From Paramoeba atlantica (lineage: Eukaryota; Protista; Discosea), in assembly GCA_977017575.1 (NCBI GenBank), contig CDRNVI010000023.1, forward strand, positions 310,001-374,000: DNA of 64,000 bases, in the 5' to 3' direction. Made by a program: the position numbers and the translations under genes. This document shows positions 10,730 through 23,834 of this stretch, one piece after another (positions within the stretch are counted from its first letter, which is position 1; each line of letters opens with the position of its first letter). The notes beneath the pieces were generated by a model, which saw only the letters and a program-made list of their open reading frames with translations, was not told the DNA's origin and ran no database searches.

Positions 10730-11732
10730 ATGATTGACAGGTTGCGATACGAGAATATATTACGAGCGGGTGTTTCGTATGCTTTATTGCGCATCTCCTT
10801 CACTACGAGTGTAGATGAGTGTCTTCAGCAACCGGCGCAAAAGAGACGAAAATTTGGAAGTAAGGTGAGCTTCGTAACTTTGCCTGAGATTGAAATGATG
10901 CGTCGGCTCGTCCAATATGTCAAAAAAAACCCTCCCTCATGGAAGAGCACGTCCGCGTGCTCTTGGGAAGGAGTGAAGTGCAACTCTGACTCACAAGTCA
11001 TACAACTCTGGTGGAATCATTTCGATCTTTCCGGAAACATTACATGGATTTTTTTACCTCCCCGCGTTGAAAAAGTTGGAGCTCAACGTCGTCCGAATAA
11101 TGGGCGACTCACAGGGACATTATCCTCCTCTGATTTCACTTCCTCATTGATGATTTTTTCTGTTGCTTATCATTACCATCAAGGAGTATTCGATTTCTCT
11201 ACACTTCCTTCTTCTATGAAAGATCTTATGATATCCTACAATCGTCTACAAGGCACCGTCGACCTGACTCAGCTACCCCCGAATATGAGCATTTCTTAAT
11301 GCTGATCACAACCAATTCGAGGGTACAATTCAACTTTCTTCGTTGCCCAAGACTATCGACTATATTAACTTGAGTTATAATCAATTAAGTGGTACACTTA
11401 ATCTTGATGGTCTCCCAGAGTCACTGTGGAAGTTAGAATTAGGAGGGAACATGTTTGAGGGCACAATTAATGTTTCGTCTCTTTCTCCAAGTTTTAGTGC
11501 TTTGGATGTTTCGAATAACAAAATCAGTGGGGTCGTGGATTTGACAGCGCATGGTCTAGAAGGGATAGGTATTAACCTTTGCGACAATCCTATTACGGCG
11601 GTGATCTACAAAGATTTGCTACCTGGGGTCAGTCAGTGTGGTTATCATCGTATAAACGATTCCGTTACTCGATATACCCCAGAAACGTACGCCGCTTTTA
11701 TGTCAGAAAAATCCGTCAAGAAAGGTGTATGA
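10730..11732 (+). pseudogene. LRR protein (LRR-2) with a single-base frameshift near 11292
   Basis: ORFs 10730-11299 and 11343-11732 are consecutive LRR halves. Removing one T from ATTTCTT restores L-N-A-D-H-N-Q-F-E-G. N-terminal PAQKRRKF. It could be an assembly indel. Confidence 0.75.
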
Positions 11733-12041
11733 CTCAAGTTTAATCTCACAAACGGGGGTCGTTTATTGTCAATATTCGACTATTGTTAGCAAAAAATATC
11801 CAAAAAAATTGTTAACAACACGCGAGCCCCCCCTTTACTCTAATGGTTTAAGTTGAGGAGCTGCGGGTGAGGTCCCGCGAGATCCTTCTAAACAAGCTCA
11901 GACATAGATTGTATGTAGTAGCGTAGTTTTTTTCAACGGGTTTGTCCTCACTTACATTTCCATTTTCTGGGTGCGTTTTTCATCATAAATTATGATACAT
12001 GTATTATGATACATGCTATAACTTTTATCATGCTAAAACTC

Positions 12042-13056
12042 GGACGGTAGGGACAAATATTTGACGAAAAATTGATTTTTTTCGTAAATGATTCAAAAGT
12101 CCTTTTAAATGTTTTTATGGCATTTGCAGGTTCATGCACCTATTTTAAGCGTTTAAAAGAGACATCACCGCCCGCCCAGCTACCGTCACCCATCCCAGCC
12201 AAGATCCCCCATCCAGCCACCCGCTCAGCCCCTCGAACTAAATCTCGCTTACTGGGGCCAAATCTCTCTTACGGGACTTACGGTAATAGTGGGCGGTCTA
12301 ACACTCCGAGAAATTCGACCAGTCAGATATCCACGAGGAAGAACAATGATCAGTGATCCACACAGCTGCTCCGAATCCACACAGACCCTCCGAATAGGTC
12401 TGAGGTCTGGGGGACCGACTCGGACCCCCCGCATGGAACCAACTCCCCTACCCGATGTGGTCGTTAAAAAACGTTAAACACGTCGGCAGAAACTGGTAGA
12501 GGCGTTCGGACCTCGCACCCCCAAACGTCTGTGAAGGGCCTATTGTGCCACCCTTGAAGGAGAGTGGCAACTTCCCAAAGGGGGAACATCCTGAGGGAGC
12601 CAGCGGCCAGCCGGGGCGACCCGATGCCCTTCATTCACTCAGAAACGCATTTGCCGTCCTGCGATAGTCAGCTGCGTTTGTCAGGTAAGAAAATGTTGAT
12701 TTCATGTGGATCAAATCGTCGAAACTTCCTTCAGATCGCCGGGAAGAAACAAAGTAACCGATCATTCCCAAGTAATCGTCAGGGGAGCTCAAGCGCCCAC
12801 AAGAACGTCTCGCCGCGCTGACTTATTGCACTCTCGACCAGAGTGTTGGATTTCTGGGTGATCTACCCATGGGAAAAGTTTCGATAGAGTGAATTACTAT
12901 GCCATGTTACTAAAGAAGTGTGGTGCAACAAGTTAATAAAATTATGCGCTCAGAGACGCTGAAAATGGCTGCATGAATACGAAAATGATTTGAAAACGTT
13001 TAAAAAATTATTTCGAAAAAAATCAGTTTTGCGTCAAATATTTGTCCCTACTGCCC
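12042..13056. mobile_element. About 1-kb non-autonomous TIR element, copy 1
   Basis: Ends GGACGGTAGGGACAAATATTTGACG and CGTCAAATATTTGTCCCTACTGCCC. The interior is nearly identical to the reverse complement of 61011-62122. Confidence 0.85.
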
Positions 13057-13146
13057 CTAAAACTCTAACTATTTATTGATAAAGCTCTTATCATGCTATT
13101 ATGACGGGAGTGCAAGTCACTGGTTTTCGTCTTTATCTCTTTACTT

Positions 13147-13818
13147 ATGCCGCGACTTGCTAAAGCGCGATCATCTTTTCATCCTCCCGAAGTTCGTTTG
13201 ATTTCCTTCTTGCAAAACGTATATAATACCGATCCTTCCTGGAACGTATTAACTCCATTGCTAAAGTGGAATAAAGTGCAGCCCGCATTTAGATCTCCAA
13301 ACCTCATCCGACTCGAATGGGCGATGATGAACCTGAGAGGAAATCTCACGTGGTGTTCTTTCCCCGTTGAGGTATACCGCATAGATATTTCGCACAACAA
13401 GCTTCAAGGGGAGGTTTCGTTAGGAAATGTGGGGAACGAACTCTTGGAAGCAAAACTTGAACACAATGAGTTTTCATCCGAACTTGATCTAACTTCACTA
13501 CCCTCCAACCTCAACTACTTTACCGTCAATGACAACTTTCTTAACGGAATCCTTGATCTGGCCTCCCTGCCAGCATCCTTGGCAAGACTTCATCTTAATC
13601 AGAACTATTTCATGGGTGTCGTTGATGTTTCTTTTCTTCCTACCTTCATCCGGGTCGACTTGCGAGGAAACAAAGTTCTCGTGTTTCCTGAAGATACTTC
13701 GGAGTCTGCTTGGCCTTCGATTTTGCACGATCACATGGACGAAATTTCTAAGCCACAACACTATTTTGGATGCGCTACGTTAATTACACTACTCGCGTTT
13801 CCTTTTCTTTTTGATTAA
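13147..13818 (+). CDS. Leucine-rich repeat protein (LRR-3)
   Basis: PSW..LTP...W cap variant and LRR units such as LxHNxFxSELDLTSLP. Confidence 0.85.
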   Translation: MPRLAKARSSFHPPEVRLISFLQNVYNTDPSWNVLTPLLKWNKVQPAFRSPNLIRLEWAMMNLRGNLTWCSFPVEVYRIDISHNKLQGEVSLGNVGNELLEAKLEHNEFSSELDLTSLPSNLNYFTVNDNFLNGILDLASLPASLARLHLNQNYFMGVVDVSFLPTFIRVDLRGNKVLVFPEDTSESAWPSILHDHMDEISKPQHYFGCATLITLLAFPFLFD

Positions 13819-14759
13819 TCACTATGCCCCCCATACCTACTTACCGTCGATCCCCCTAGCACTAAGAAACCCCCTAGTACGAGACATTGGGCCCTTTTGG
13901 GAAGACCGCTGGTAAGAGAGACTTGGCTCAGCAGGCTGGCTGGCTCGCCTTGTGGTCGTCCTGGGACCCTTGGATGGTCGGGTTCCTGAGGCCGTTGGCA
14001 AACGAGAAAATTCCGAAGAAATCACAGAAAACACGAAAATAATTGCGTGCCGCGCATTTTCCTTCAAAAAAGCATTCACCTCCCTTAAGAGAGATTAGGC
14101 TACTTGGTTCGAACTTCGAAAACAATTCTCTTACTGGGGTCTAACGGTAGGAGGCTAAAATATTTCACATATTAGAGGGGGGCTAGAGGCCAGAGGGGGC
14201 CTAGAGGGGCTAAAACATTTAGCCTCCTATTTAGGGGAAACGGTCAAATCTCCCTTTTTCCCCCCAATTTTTCAAAAATTTTGAAGGGCATCCTGAACAC
14301 TAAAATTATTTACTTGTATTTCGTCAGCTCATCTTCAAAGGCTGAAATAACGGCTATTCGTGTTTTCAATGTCCCATTTCGCTTATTCATGTGTTGTCCA
14401 TACAGTATCGACCCGAGCTACATACAGTCCATACAGTATACACCCGAGCTCTATATTTTTGTCACACCTTTTCTTAACCTGGTGTGCCACAATTTAGGCC
14501 CTAGAACTTTATTTTCTGTATATTCCCTAGAATGACTTGGTGTAAATAAGTCTCTGTCCTCTCTTTCGTTAATACCAATATTAAAGGACTGTTAAAATCG
14601 TTGAACTCGGAAAACGATTGAACAATTTCTTTTTTTTTGTGGGAAAAAAGGCAGATTCCACCATAGCGACAATTTACTTTGTCTGGGGTCTTGGCAGAAA
14701 TAAATTTATTATCCAGCATTCTACTTTTAGGAATTTCTTTGAAGTAATCTCCCTTTTAT

Positions 14760-17700
14760 ATGTCTTCAAAGAAGGAAAGAAATCATTCAGCTACAAAGGA
14801 ATTTAACTTGTCGACTTCTCAAGCCGAATATCCTTTCGAAAAGTTTAAGGAAAACAACCCCTTTGTGCAGGTTTACAATACAGATGGTGAGGAAGAACAC
14901 CACCAAAAGGACAACCGTTCCTGTGAGTTTTTGTCGCATCCACGCAATTTACCATTTGTCTTTACCGGAACAAAAAGCATGTCGAATTGGAGCACATCGC
15001 AGCCGAAAGAAGTTTTTACTCCATCGACCGTCAGCGCATCTTCTCGCACATCGTCGATGCAAAGTAGTAACACATTTCGTGAATATAATGTGAAAAGTCA
15101 ATATTCGGCCTCACAAGAGGTCTTTTCCGACTTCGCAGGTATTCAAACCGACTCCCCATCGCAACCAATTTCTTTCTTCAATGGCTCGCAAAAGCAAATC
15201 CGTGCTGTCAATCCGAATGTCGCTCTTCCTGTTTCTTGCACCGATAATGCTCCTTACACTAGTCATATCACACATGGATCTCCATCCGTTCCGCAAGACA
15301 ATTCAATTTGTGACAATCCCTTTTCACTATCTTCCGTCGTTGCACCAGCCCATCCGTTTACACCCCATTTTTCTTACAACCACAGCAGAGCAAGTTTTAA
15401 TTCAATCAACCCTCCCGAAGGTTCTTCACCAACCTCGACGCAAACTAACAGGGTTAACCAAAATTCATCTTCAGCAACCGACGGACTAACCTCCCTTTTC
15501 TCATCCCTCCAAGTCTCCTCTTCGGCGTCCCGCAACCCTCTCGCTCCCGCGAACTCCGAAAACCCCGCAACCTCCAAAACCCTCGCGGCGAGCCTTCAAT
15601 CCGCCTTCTACTCGACACCCCCCCAACCTCCACCCCCACCCCCACCCCCCTCCCCCCACCGTGGGAGGCTACCTCCCCCCACCCCCCTCCCCCACGACCC
15701 TCTCCCCATCGACCCCTACCTCCCCACACTGGTCCACACGATCCAGCACAACCCCGTGACCTGTGTGGTCGGGGAAACGGGCTGTGGGAAAAGTACCCAA
15801 GTCCCTCTCGCACTGTGGCGAAATCTTACCGAAATCTCCCCTCACACGGGAAGAGAGCCCCCATCCCCTGTGAGGGGCGAGACGACCTTTTCGGGGGGGG
15901 GTGAGTCGTCAGCGTACGACTAAGGGGGTAAACCCCCTTAGCCCACGTACTACGACTACTACGGCTAACACGCCCTATTTGGTCGTGACCCAGCCCCGAC
16001 GCTTGGCCGCCATCTCCCTGGCCCAGCGTGTCGCGGCTCTCCTTGGGGAGCCGCTGGGGCGCACGGTGGGGTATGCGATTGCCAACGACAGTGTCGGGGG
16101 GCCACACACACGAATTGTGTTCGTCACCACAGGGTACCTCCTGCAGTCGTTGCTGCATCACACCCGTCTGTGGGACCGTCTCACCCACCTGGTGTTTGAC
16201 GAGGCCCACGAGCGCGGGTTGGAGGAGGATATGACCCTGTTGGTGGTGAAGCTTAAGCTGGCCCGGGAACGGGAGGCGGCCGCGGTAAAAGGGTGGCACG
16301 GTGGACCCCCCCATGACACGTTGGACCCACAGCCTTCGGGTGTCCCTACAAACGCTAAAAGGCTTATCATCATGTCCGCAACGCTGGAGACGGAGCGTTT
16401 TGTGACGTACTTTCACTCGGTTCAAGGCGGACCCCCACCGTGTCTACAAGTCGGCACCCGCCGGTTTCCGGTCGTCGAGTATTATCTCGAGACACTCCCG
16501 TTGGAGATCACCTCCGGGCTCACGCGGGAGGGCACAGAGGCGATCCAGAACTGGGCCTCTCGCCTGGTTCGTCTCCCCCGTGAGCCTCCAGGGCTGGACG
16601 CGATGCATCGCCTGTTGCTTTGCCTTATCCCAGCGGTTTGTAAACCCATGGGATGTGTGCTCGTGTTCCTCCCGGGGCTACAGGAGATGGAACTGCTCTA
16701 CTCCGAGCGTGAGGTTCTACAACAACGTGCCGCACAGCGTTGGGCGGAGACCCCCGACGCCGAGTTGGAGCTTTCCTTCTTTTTGCTCCACTCCACGGTG
16801 CCGCTGGAGGAGCAGCAAAAGGCCACCCGACGGCTCTCCTCGACAAGTTCTCCCGTGTGTCGGGTAATTTTAGCAACGAATCTCGCGGAGACAAGTCTCA
16901 CTATTCCCGATGTCCACATTGTGCTGGACAGCGGGCTTAGTCGACGCGTGTGCTACGCGGAGCGGCAAAAAATGGCACGGCTTCAAACCGTGTGGTGTTC
17001 CCAGGGCGCCGCCCGTCAACGTGCTGGGCGAGCGGGACGTACCCAGACGGGGATCGTGTGTCGTTTATACAGCGAACGTCTCCACGACGTCGTGATGCCT
17101 CCGGTAGAGCCCTCAGAGCTCTACCCGCTGGAATACAGCGTGCTTCGTGCTCGGGTCCACCTGAGAGCCTTTGGGACTCCTCAGGAGGTAATGTCACGTT
17201 TTATCGAGGCTCCGGCCACGGGTGCGGTCGAGGACGCGCTGCGGGGACTGATACAGGCCCAGCTACTCGGCAACCCTCCGGGGTATGAAGTTCGCCCACT
17301 TGGGGTGGTGGTGAGCCAACTTCCATTAAGTGTCACTCACAGCGGGTGGCTCGTTTCGGCAGCGTATTTAGGGATTATCCCCGAGACCCTGGTAGTGGTC
17401 TGTGGGCTTTCACTATCAAAACCGCTGTTTAAATATCCTATGCGGGTGTTTTACGATAACAATGCAGATTATCACGCGGCGTTTGCACAGACCGTTGAAG
17501 GGGTGCGCTCTCTGTCAGCAGGCTTTGCTAATGATATTGTGGCCTTTCTGGTGATTTACCTGGAAGCAAGCACCTATCTCGGAATGGACCGAGCCCAGAC
17601 AAGAGAGGCCGGGCAGTCGAACGCACTGCGTGAGTTTTGTCGAATACACAGTCTGATCTACGCCCGGGTACGGTCCTTTGTGACAGAGGTCCGCGGAATT

Positions 17701-19917
17701 GCACAGAAACTGCTCAAGCTTATACCCACATTGCTCAGTGTGCGAGATCGCCAGCTCCTCGAGGTGATGGAGAAACTGCCCTGTTGTGGAACCTCCCTGA
17801 CGGCAGCCGAAACCACCCGTCTCCTTCGCATGCGTCGAGAAATCAACCCGAATGTTTTCCGGCCGCGTCGTCTGTCTCTGTTTATACTCCTCGCAAGTCA
17901 GTCTCATGTCTTAGTGATGCAGCCCCCACGAGAATCCGAGGCACACCGCGAGCTCAACCCCCAGGAAGTGGAATTCGGTTCCACCTCTCTTATTGTAAAA
18001 AACAGCACAGAAGCGAGTGTTCGGGCCCATTTTGAGGAACTAGGACCTGTGCGTCAGATTACCAAATCGCAGTACGGCAGTCATCTCAAAGTGGAGTTCG
18101 TCAATGACCAATTCTATCACGATGGGTATTTGGAAACAAATGTGGAGAAGGAGAACGATGATTCAGATGAGGAATACTCCTCCTCCTCAGAAGAGGAGTC
18201 CGAAATGTGCGAAAGCTTGAGCACGGTCGAAATCCCTCCTCCCCTTGTCTGTACCTTTTGTGACACCCCCGCACCCCATAGAGAGACCACTCTAGGATCA
18301 AATCCTAATGACAACGACCCCGACGCTAACTCGAATCCTTCCCTGGCCACCTTTTCTTCCTCCTCCTCCTCCTCCTCCTTCTCTCGTGGTTTCTGTTCCT
18401 CTTCCCGCCGAAAATTCTACGGCACGGAGCTCTGCGGCTACAGTGATGACGATGAGGATGCTGATGAAGAAATCGATCCCCAACCGACTAAATCGAGCCC
18501 CACCCCCTCCCCCCCTCCCCCCCTCCTTCGACGCTTCCCCCTCCCCGTCGACCTCCTCCGACGGCTCTACCGTAAAGAAAAAGGCAAACTCCAATCCGAG
18601 TTCGCTCACATCCAGGATAGCCACTTTCTCGGCTTCTCCTCCAAACCGAAAGTTTTGTATCAACTGTTAACCAACCCCAATGCCGGGGTCTTGTTTTCGT
18701 CCTCTTCTTCTTTTTCACAAGATGAAAGCGAAAACAACGAAAACAACAGATTCGTGGGAGGAAAACAAAAGCCACACAAAAGGAGTCCCGCACACGGGGA
18801 CGCCCGTGTGTTTCTCGACAGCTGGAGTGTCGTGGAGGGGTACTACGACAGCTCACCCTACGGTGGGCCCCACCGAGGGGACCACGGCCACGGGGCCAGC
18901 CCCCGGGGCCTGGCCTACCCTCCATTTCCCTCCCCCTTTCCCCGGGCCGCCCCGCCCCGGTACGGGTACGCGCTCCAGACCCAGGCGGTGGGTCGCGAGG
19001 CCCACACGTCCTATGTGGTCACCAGCGCCCTGCTGCCGGGGGTGGAGACCGGGGAGGAGTTCCTGTGCTTTATGGTGTCGCAGTTTAGTGGGCCCCAGGC
19101 CCGGGGGGCCACGGTGTGGGGCGCGGGGCTCGACCCTTCGGGGTTTGTGCGACACTGGGGGTACGGGGACCCCCGGGTCCCGGGCCAGGGTCACGGGTTC
19201 CACCATGTGTACCTCCCCCTGTGGGGGGTGATGGTGATGAATGGGCTGCGGGTGGTCCTCGCGCTGGGGGCGGTGATGGCCCCGATGGTGGGGGGGATGG
19301 GACGGGTGCGACGGCGGGTGAGGGCCTCCCTGGAGGTGTTAAACCGGTTTATGCAGGCCAGGAGGGGGGGGGTGCTGCGTTGTGCGGCGAGGGGTTGTCA
19401 GAGCGTGACCTCGGGTTCGTACGCGAGGGGGACTCACTTTTGTGGGGGGCAGAAGGAGAAGCGCATGACGTTGCGCTTGCCCAACCTTGCGGCGTGTTTT
19501 CAAGCGATGGGGATGAAGGCGCCGTGCTCAGAGAGTGCGGTGGGTTCCCGGGAGGAGCAGCCCAAGCAAGCTCTTCCTTTGATGGATTACGGTGCTCTTT
19601 GGGACACGTTTAAAAAGACGTTCAAAAAACCTTTGAGGAAAAAAGAGGAGAGAAGAGAGTGGGAAGAGGACGGAGAATGGGAAGAGGACGGAGAATGGGA
19701 AGAGGACGGAGAATGGGAAGAGGACGGAGAATGTGAAGCGGAAGGGGATGAGGAAGATGGAGAAGAGGGGGACGAGGAAGAGGGGGACGATTCCTGGATA
19801 GAGGGTCTTCCAAGTGTTCCGAAACCTGTTTTAGAACTCGGCGCCATGTTGTATCCTCTTTTTGAGAATCCCGATGCGAAGAACGTAATTCTGGGACCGC
19901 ACGCATGCTATTATTGA
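14760..19917 (+). CDS. DEAH/RHA-family ATP-dependent RNA helicase, split by a +1 frameshift at a G9 run (15893-15901)
   Basis: Motif I GETGCGKST is in the first ORF. TQPRRLAA, DEAH, SAT, LATNLAETSLTIPDV and QRAGRAGR are in the second ORF, followed by HA2-like sequence. Confidence 0.9.
19657..19728 (+). repeat. 4 x 18-bp coding tandem repeat (EWEEDG)
   Basis: GA(G/A)TGGGAAGAGGACGGA repeated in the acidic helicase tail. Confidence 0.9.
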
Positions 19918-20184
19918 ACTGGGACCATGTGAACCGCTTCCAAATTGAAACTTCGTGTTGGCAATCTTGATCTTCATGCACGTATTCTTCGTAATATCCT
20001 ACGTATGCATGAAATATATTTTCTAGTAGCACTTAATACTGTGCTTAATCTATTGAGAACTACTTAGAGTACATCTACTTAGAGCTAAATTAGTTCTTTG
20101 TTCTCTTGATTAATCTAAAACTCTTTCACACAGTACGGAAATTTCATGCAGATTTGATATGAACCAGAAGCGTCTCGCGGTATT

Positions 20185-20245
20185 TCGTCTCTTTCCTTCA
20201 TTTCCATGTTTTATACCTATTCGAATTCTTTTTTATTATTTTTAG
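20185..20245 (+). promoter_or_regulatory. Predicted trans-splice acceptor (polypyrimidine tract plus AG) for the SET gene
   Basis: A long pyrimidine-rich tract ends in TTTTTAG at 20245, 33 nt before the ATG. The kinetoplastid interpretation is inference. Confidence 0.45.
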
Positions 20246-20278
20246 TACCGTTTTCTTGCTACTCTTCCCTTCAACTCC

Positions 20279-21328
20279 ATGACCTCTACCGAGACCCTAC
20301 CTACCCCCCATGAACTCCTCAAGGAGGCACAATCCATGACCGTGGAAAAATTCCTCAATCTCTCCTGCGACTTTCGCATTGCGGTTATCCCCTACTGCTC
20401 CACCGAGCTCCGTCGTGAGATTGCCTCCATGGCGAACGAGACCCCTGAAGAAGAGAAAGTAGACACCTCCGCCGAAACCTCCGAGTCTCCTTCAAAAAAT
20501 ACAGAATGTAAAAGCCCTGCACGTAAGATGGCCAAATCCGCCGAGGAGAACAACACAACCTGCGAAACAACCCCTAAAAGCCAAACCAAAATCTCCCTGG
20601 CGAATTTTAACAAGTACCCCGACAAAGTCGCGCTTCGTCGAGGTCCCATGGGGATCTCTCCGGTCGCTGCGGTGGATCTCGCGGAGAACGAGGAGATCTA
20701 CACGCTCCGTGGACCCATCCTCCCCTACGCGACGGTATTTACCATTCAAGTCACCAAGGAGCTCCACATGAACCCCTATGGGGGATCTGAGTTCCTGGCC
20801 CACAGTTGCCGCCCCAACACCAAGGTGGTGATTGAAAAATTAAAAGGGGAACCGGAGTGTGAGATTCCGGAACAGAAAAAAGAGGAAAGTTCTGCCCAAG
20901 AGGGGGGGGAGAAGAACGAAAACGGGACGCCTAGAAATGAGACCAAAGATTTTATGGTTGCCCACCCCTATGTGCTTCGGGTGATTACGATTGCGGCGAT
21001 TCCCGCCGGGGAGGTGTTGAGTTTCAACTACCTCACCACGGAGTACGCCATGGATGAGCCCTTCGAGTGTGTGTGTGCGGCCCAGGACATGACCACCGGG
21101 GCTGTGATCGGGTCCGTCCCCCCGGACATGACCCCACCGCGGAAACGGAAAGGGTCCCAGACCCGCGCGGGGTCCCTCTCCCCGAGTATCTCCCCCGCCC
21201 GGCTGTTTTGTTTCGGCAAAATCAGCGGGTTCAAGGATTTGAACTCGATGGAGCGGGAGGAGTTGGCGCCGTACTGCACGGAGGTGGTGAAGCAGTGCGC
21301 AATGGAAAACGGGCTGTTGAAACCGTAA
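20279..21328 (+). CDS. SET-domain protein with a post-SET-like Cys motif
   Basis: FLAHSCRPNT (NHSCxPN-like), AIPAGEVLSFNY and FECVC. Confidence 0.85.
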   Translation: MTSTETLPTPHELLKEAQSMTVEKFLNLSCDFRIAVIPYCSTELRREIASMANETPEEEKVDTSAETSESPSKNTECKSPARKMAKSAEENNTTCETTPKSQTKISLANFNKYPDKVALRRGPMGISPVAAVDLAENEEIYTLRGPILPYATVFTIQVTKELHMNPYGGSEFLAHSCRPNTKVVIEKLKGEPECEIPEQKKEESSAQEGGEKNENGTPRNETKDFMVAHPYVLRVITIAAIPAGEVLSFNYLTTEYAMDEPFECVCAAQDMTTGAVIGSVPPDMTPPRKRKGSQTRAGSLSPSISPARLFCFGKISGFKDLNSMEREELAPYCTEVVKQCAMENGLLKP

Positions 21329-21944
21329 ATAAATAACAGCCAGCGGAGGGGGGAACGAATGAGGGAGGAAGGTTGATGTAATGTGGTGAAAAAGGGGATA
21401 GATTTTAATACATTTTTTCTTAAATTCCTGTTCTTGTTACGACAGTCACTTTTCCTACTGGTATTTTTACAGTTCGTTTTAAATGTTGTTTGCGTTTTTG
21501 AGGTAGATCACCCTGGTTTCTATTACTTATTATTCGAATGAATGAATATTGTCTACTTTTTATTGGGAAATCCTTGTTCTGTTTACGGGGTTCGTTTAGA
21601 ATTGGTGTTTTCTTCTAGTGTGTTTTGAATATTTTAAGTGAACGTTTCGGAACTGTTTTTGGTCCTATTAATTCTAATAAATGTTATTTCAGATTGCAAT
21701 TAAGTGTTTTTCGTTGTAAATGAATGTTTTTGCTACCTTTTTCGTTATCTGTATCACTGATTCTCATACACTACTAATCTTAGTATCCGAGATCACACTA
21801 AAAATGTATTCGATCTTGATTCTTTTCCACAGACTTTTCCATTCTCTGGCAGTGTTTTAGGCGTAATAGTAATGTTTGTCGTAAAACGCAGTATCTCTTT
21901 TTATTCTTTGTGTTTCCTACAAGCTATTCTATATTCTATTTTTC

Positions 21945-22547
21945 ATGTCTCTGGTACGCACATCCCTGGCATCAGATGCGCAACCGACTGTACGTCCAGG
22001 TAAGGTTACTGGAGCGTCGCTACCCGCGGAATATGATTTAATGCGGCTCTTACAAAAGGTAGAGAATCTTGACTCTACCTGGAGCACGAATACACCAGCG
22101 GGTGAATGGGATGGTGTCGAATGCGATAAAGCTGGCAAGGTGGTCTATATAGATTGGTCGTATTTAAATCTTCGTGGTGAACTGAATCTGAAATATTTGC
22201 CCGTCACATTGGTGGCTCTACTTCTTCATGACAATGAGTTTTCGGGAAATTTCCCTTTTGAAGCTTTTCCTAGAACGTTAAAAACTATTACTTTATCTAG
22301 CAACCAATTTACGGGCACCCCAAACCTGTGTAATTTGCCGCCCATGCTAAAGCAAATCGCATTCGGTCACAACGAATTTGATGGCTGTGTTGATTTTTCT
22401 TCACTCCCGCTAACTTTGAGAGAGTTATATTTGAATCGTAACATAAACTTGGAAGGTTACTTGGATGTAGATGGCGTACTAAAGAATTTGTGCTATAATG
22501 TTGAATGGACGCGAATTACGGTGAGTAATGGAATACTAAAAACTTGA
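21945..22547 (+). CDS. Leucine-rich repeat protein (LRR-4)
   Basis: GKVTGASLPAEYDL...WSTNTPAGEWDGVEC cap followed by LRR units. Confidence 0.9.
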   Translation: MSLVRTSLASDAQPTVRPGKVTGASLPAEYDLMRLLQKVENLDSTWSTNTPAGEWDGVECDKAGKVVYIDWSYLNLRGELNLKYLPVTLVALLLHDNEFSGNFPFEAFPRTLKTITLSSNQFTGTPNLCNLPPMLKQIAFGHNEFDGCVDFSSLPLTLRELYLNRNINLEGYLDVDGVLKNLCYNVEWTRITVSNGILKT

Positions 22548-22926
22548 ATCAAACGTTTCGAAATTAGGGAAAGTCTAAACTTATAAATAGAACTTACAGT
22601 GCATCCAATATTTCATATCTATCTGATCTACACTCTTTATGTGTACACTCTTTATGTGTACTCTTTATGTGTATGAAGAGTCTTTCTGTTCAATTCATGA
22701 AAAAAAAATAGATTATGTGTATGTGATTATTTTTTTCTTTATGAACCTGTTTATTTTGTATTCATTAAAACGTTTTTTTTCAGGGTTCGCAGAAACTATA
22801 AAACTATCAATATAGTACTATATAGTTACTATAAACGTTTTTTAAAAACTATAAAAAACTATGTTTTTTTGTTTCACTTTTTAAACACTCTTGAGCTCAC
22901 CAACACGCCTTAAATACACAGAGAAT

Positions 22927-23400
22927 TCATTTGTGTCCAATTCTTCCTATTTTTAAACCCAAAAATTGATGCCCGAAATAAAAGCTAAGAGGGGTAATTT
23001 CTGCTCCACGAATATCATGTGTTCCTCTACTTCCAGCTCCCTTGAGCATCTTTTTTAATATGTCAGAAAGCAGCCACGAGCATTCGTGTCCTGCACGTCG
23101 TTTCACAAATATTAGTGCACTCCAAATACCTGCAGGTGAGCACATGCCTTGATTGTACCATTCCACAAGAAATGACATGAACTCTTCCTCTGAACACGTC
23201 TCGATTTTAATACTCTTGACTTTTCTCACCCTCTTTAGGAAGCTTTCAAGGGGATTCAAAACTCGCTCATAAGTCTTTAAGGTAGTAGGCTTCACAGATG
23301 CATTCACGAGAACCATGCGTGCTGTGCTGCACCTAATTAGCTTAGCGCGCGAAGGCTTAAACTTACGAGACATACGATATACACTAATGAAACGACTAAG
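22927..23400 (-). pseudogene. N-terminal (core-binding) fragment of a DIRS/VIPER-type tyrosine recombinase
   Basis: ASVKPTTLKTYERVL..LESFL and FMSFLVEW...WSAL resemble retroelement YR N-termini. No catalytic part is present. Confidence 0.5.
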
Positions 23401-23603
23401 AGGGGTGAACCGGGATCGGTGCGAGCGGGTGCGGCTCAAAGTAAAAATGCAGTGCCCCGAAAAAGATCACTCCTAGATATTCAGGAGTTAAGCAATTTTA
23501 TACACCCTCTTATCAGTTCAGAATTTTGAGATGTACACGTTCCCGTTACTTTTAGTGAAATGAAATTTTGATGAAATGCAGTCGAAATGTATCCTAAAAA
23601 AAT

Positions 23604-23799
23604 TAAACCACTCCGGGTTAATATTCCTATACCCTTGTATTATTCCTACCAGGAATATTACCGTCCCCCCTCCTATTTACTATTTAGTATCTTGCCCCCC
23701 GGCGCGAAAAACTTTTTGGTCCTTTTCTGCTAATTTTTTTTTAATATTCATATACCTCTTAATATTCCTACCAGGAATATTAACCCGGACAGTGGTTTA
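23604..23799. mobile_element. Small inverted-repeat element
   Basis: Ends TAAACCACTCCGGGTTAATATTCC and GGAATATTAACCCGGACAGTGGTTTA, with internal ATTCCTACCAGGAATATTA twice. Confidence 0.55.
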
Positions 23800-23834
23800 G
23801 TTCCAAAATTTACTTTAAGCTTGCAAATCTTTTG

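Noticed and set aside
15826-19847. Many alternative-frame and antisense ORFs over the helicase and other GC-rich genes
   Set aside because: These are shadow ORFs expected from high GC content and show no domain motifs.
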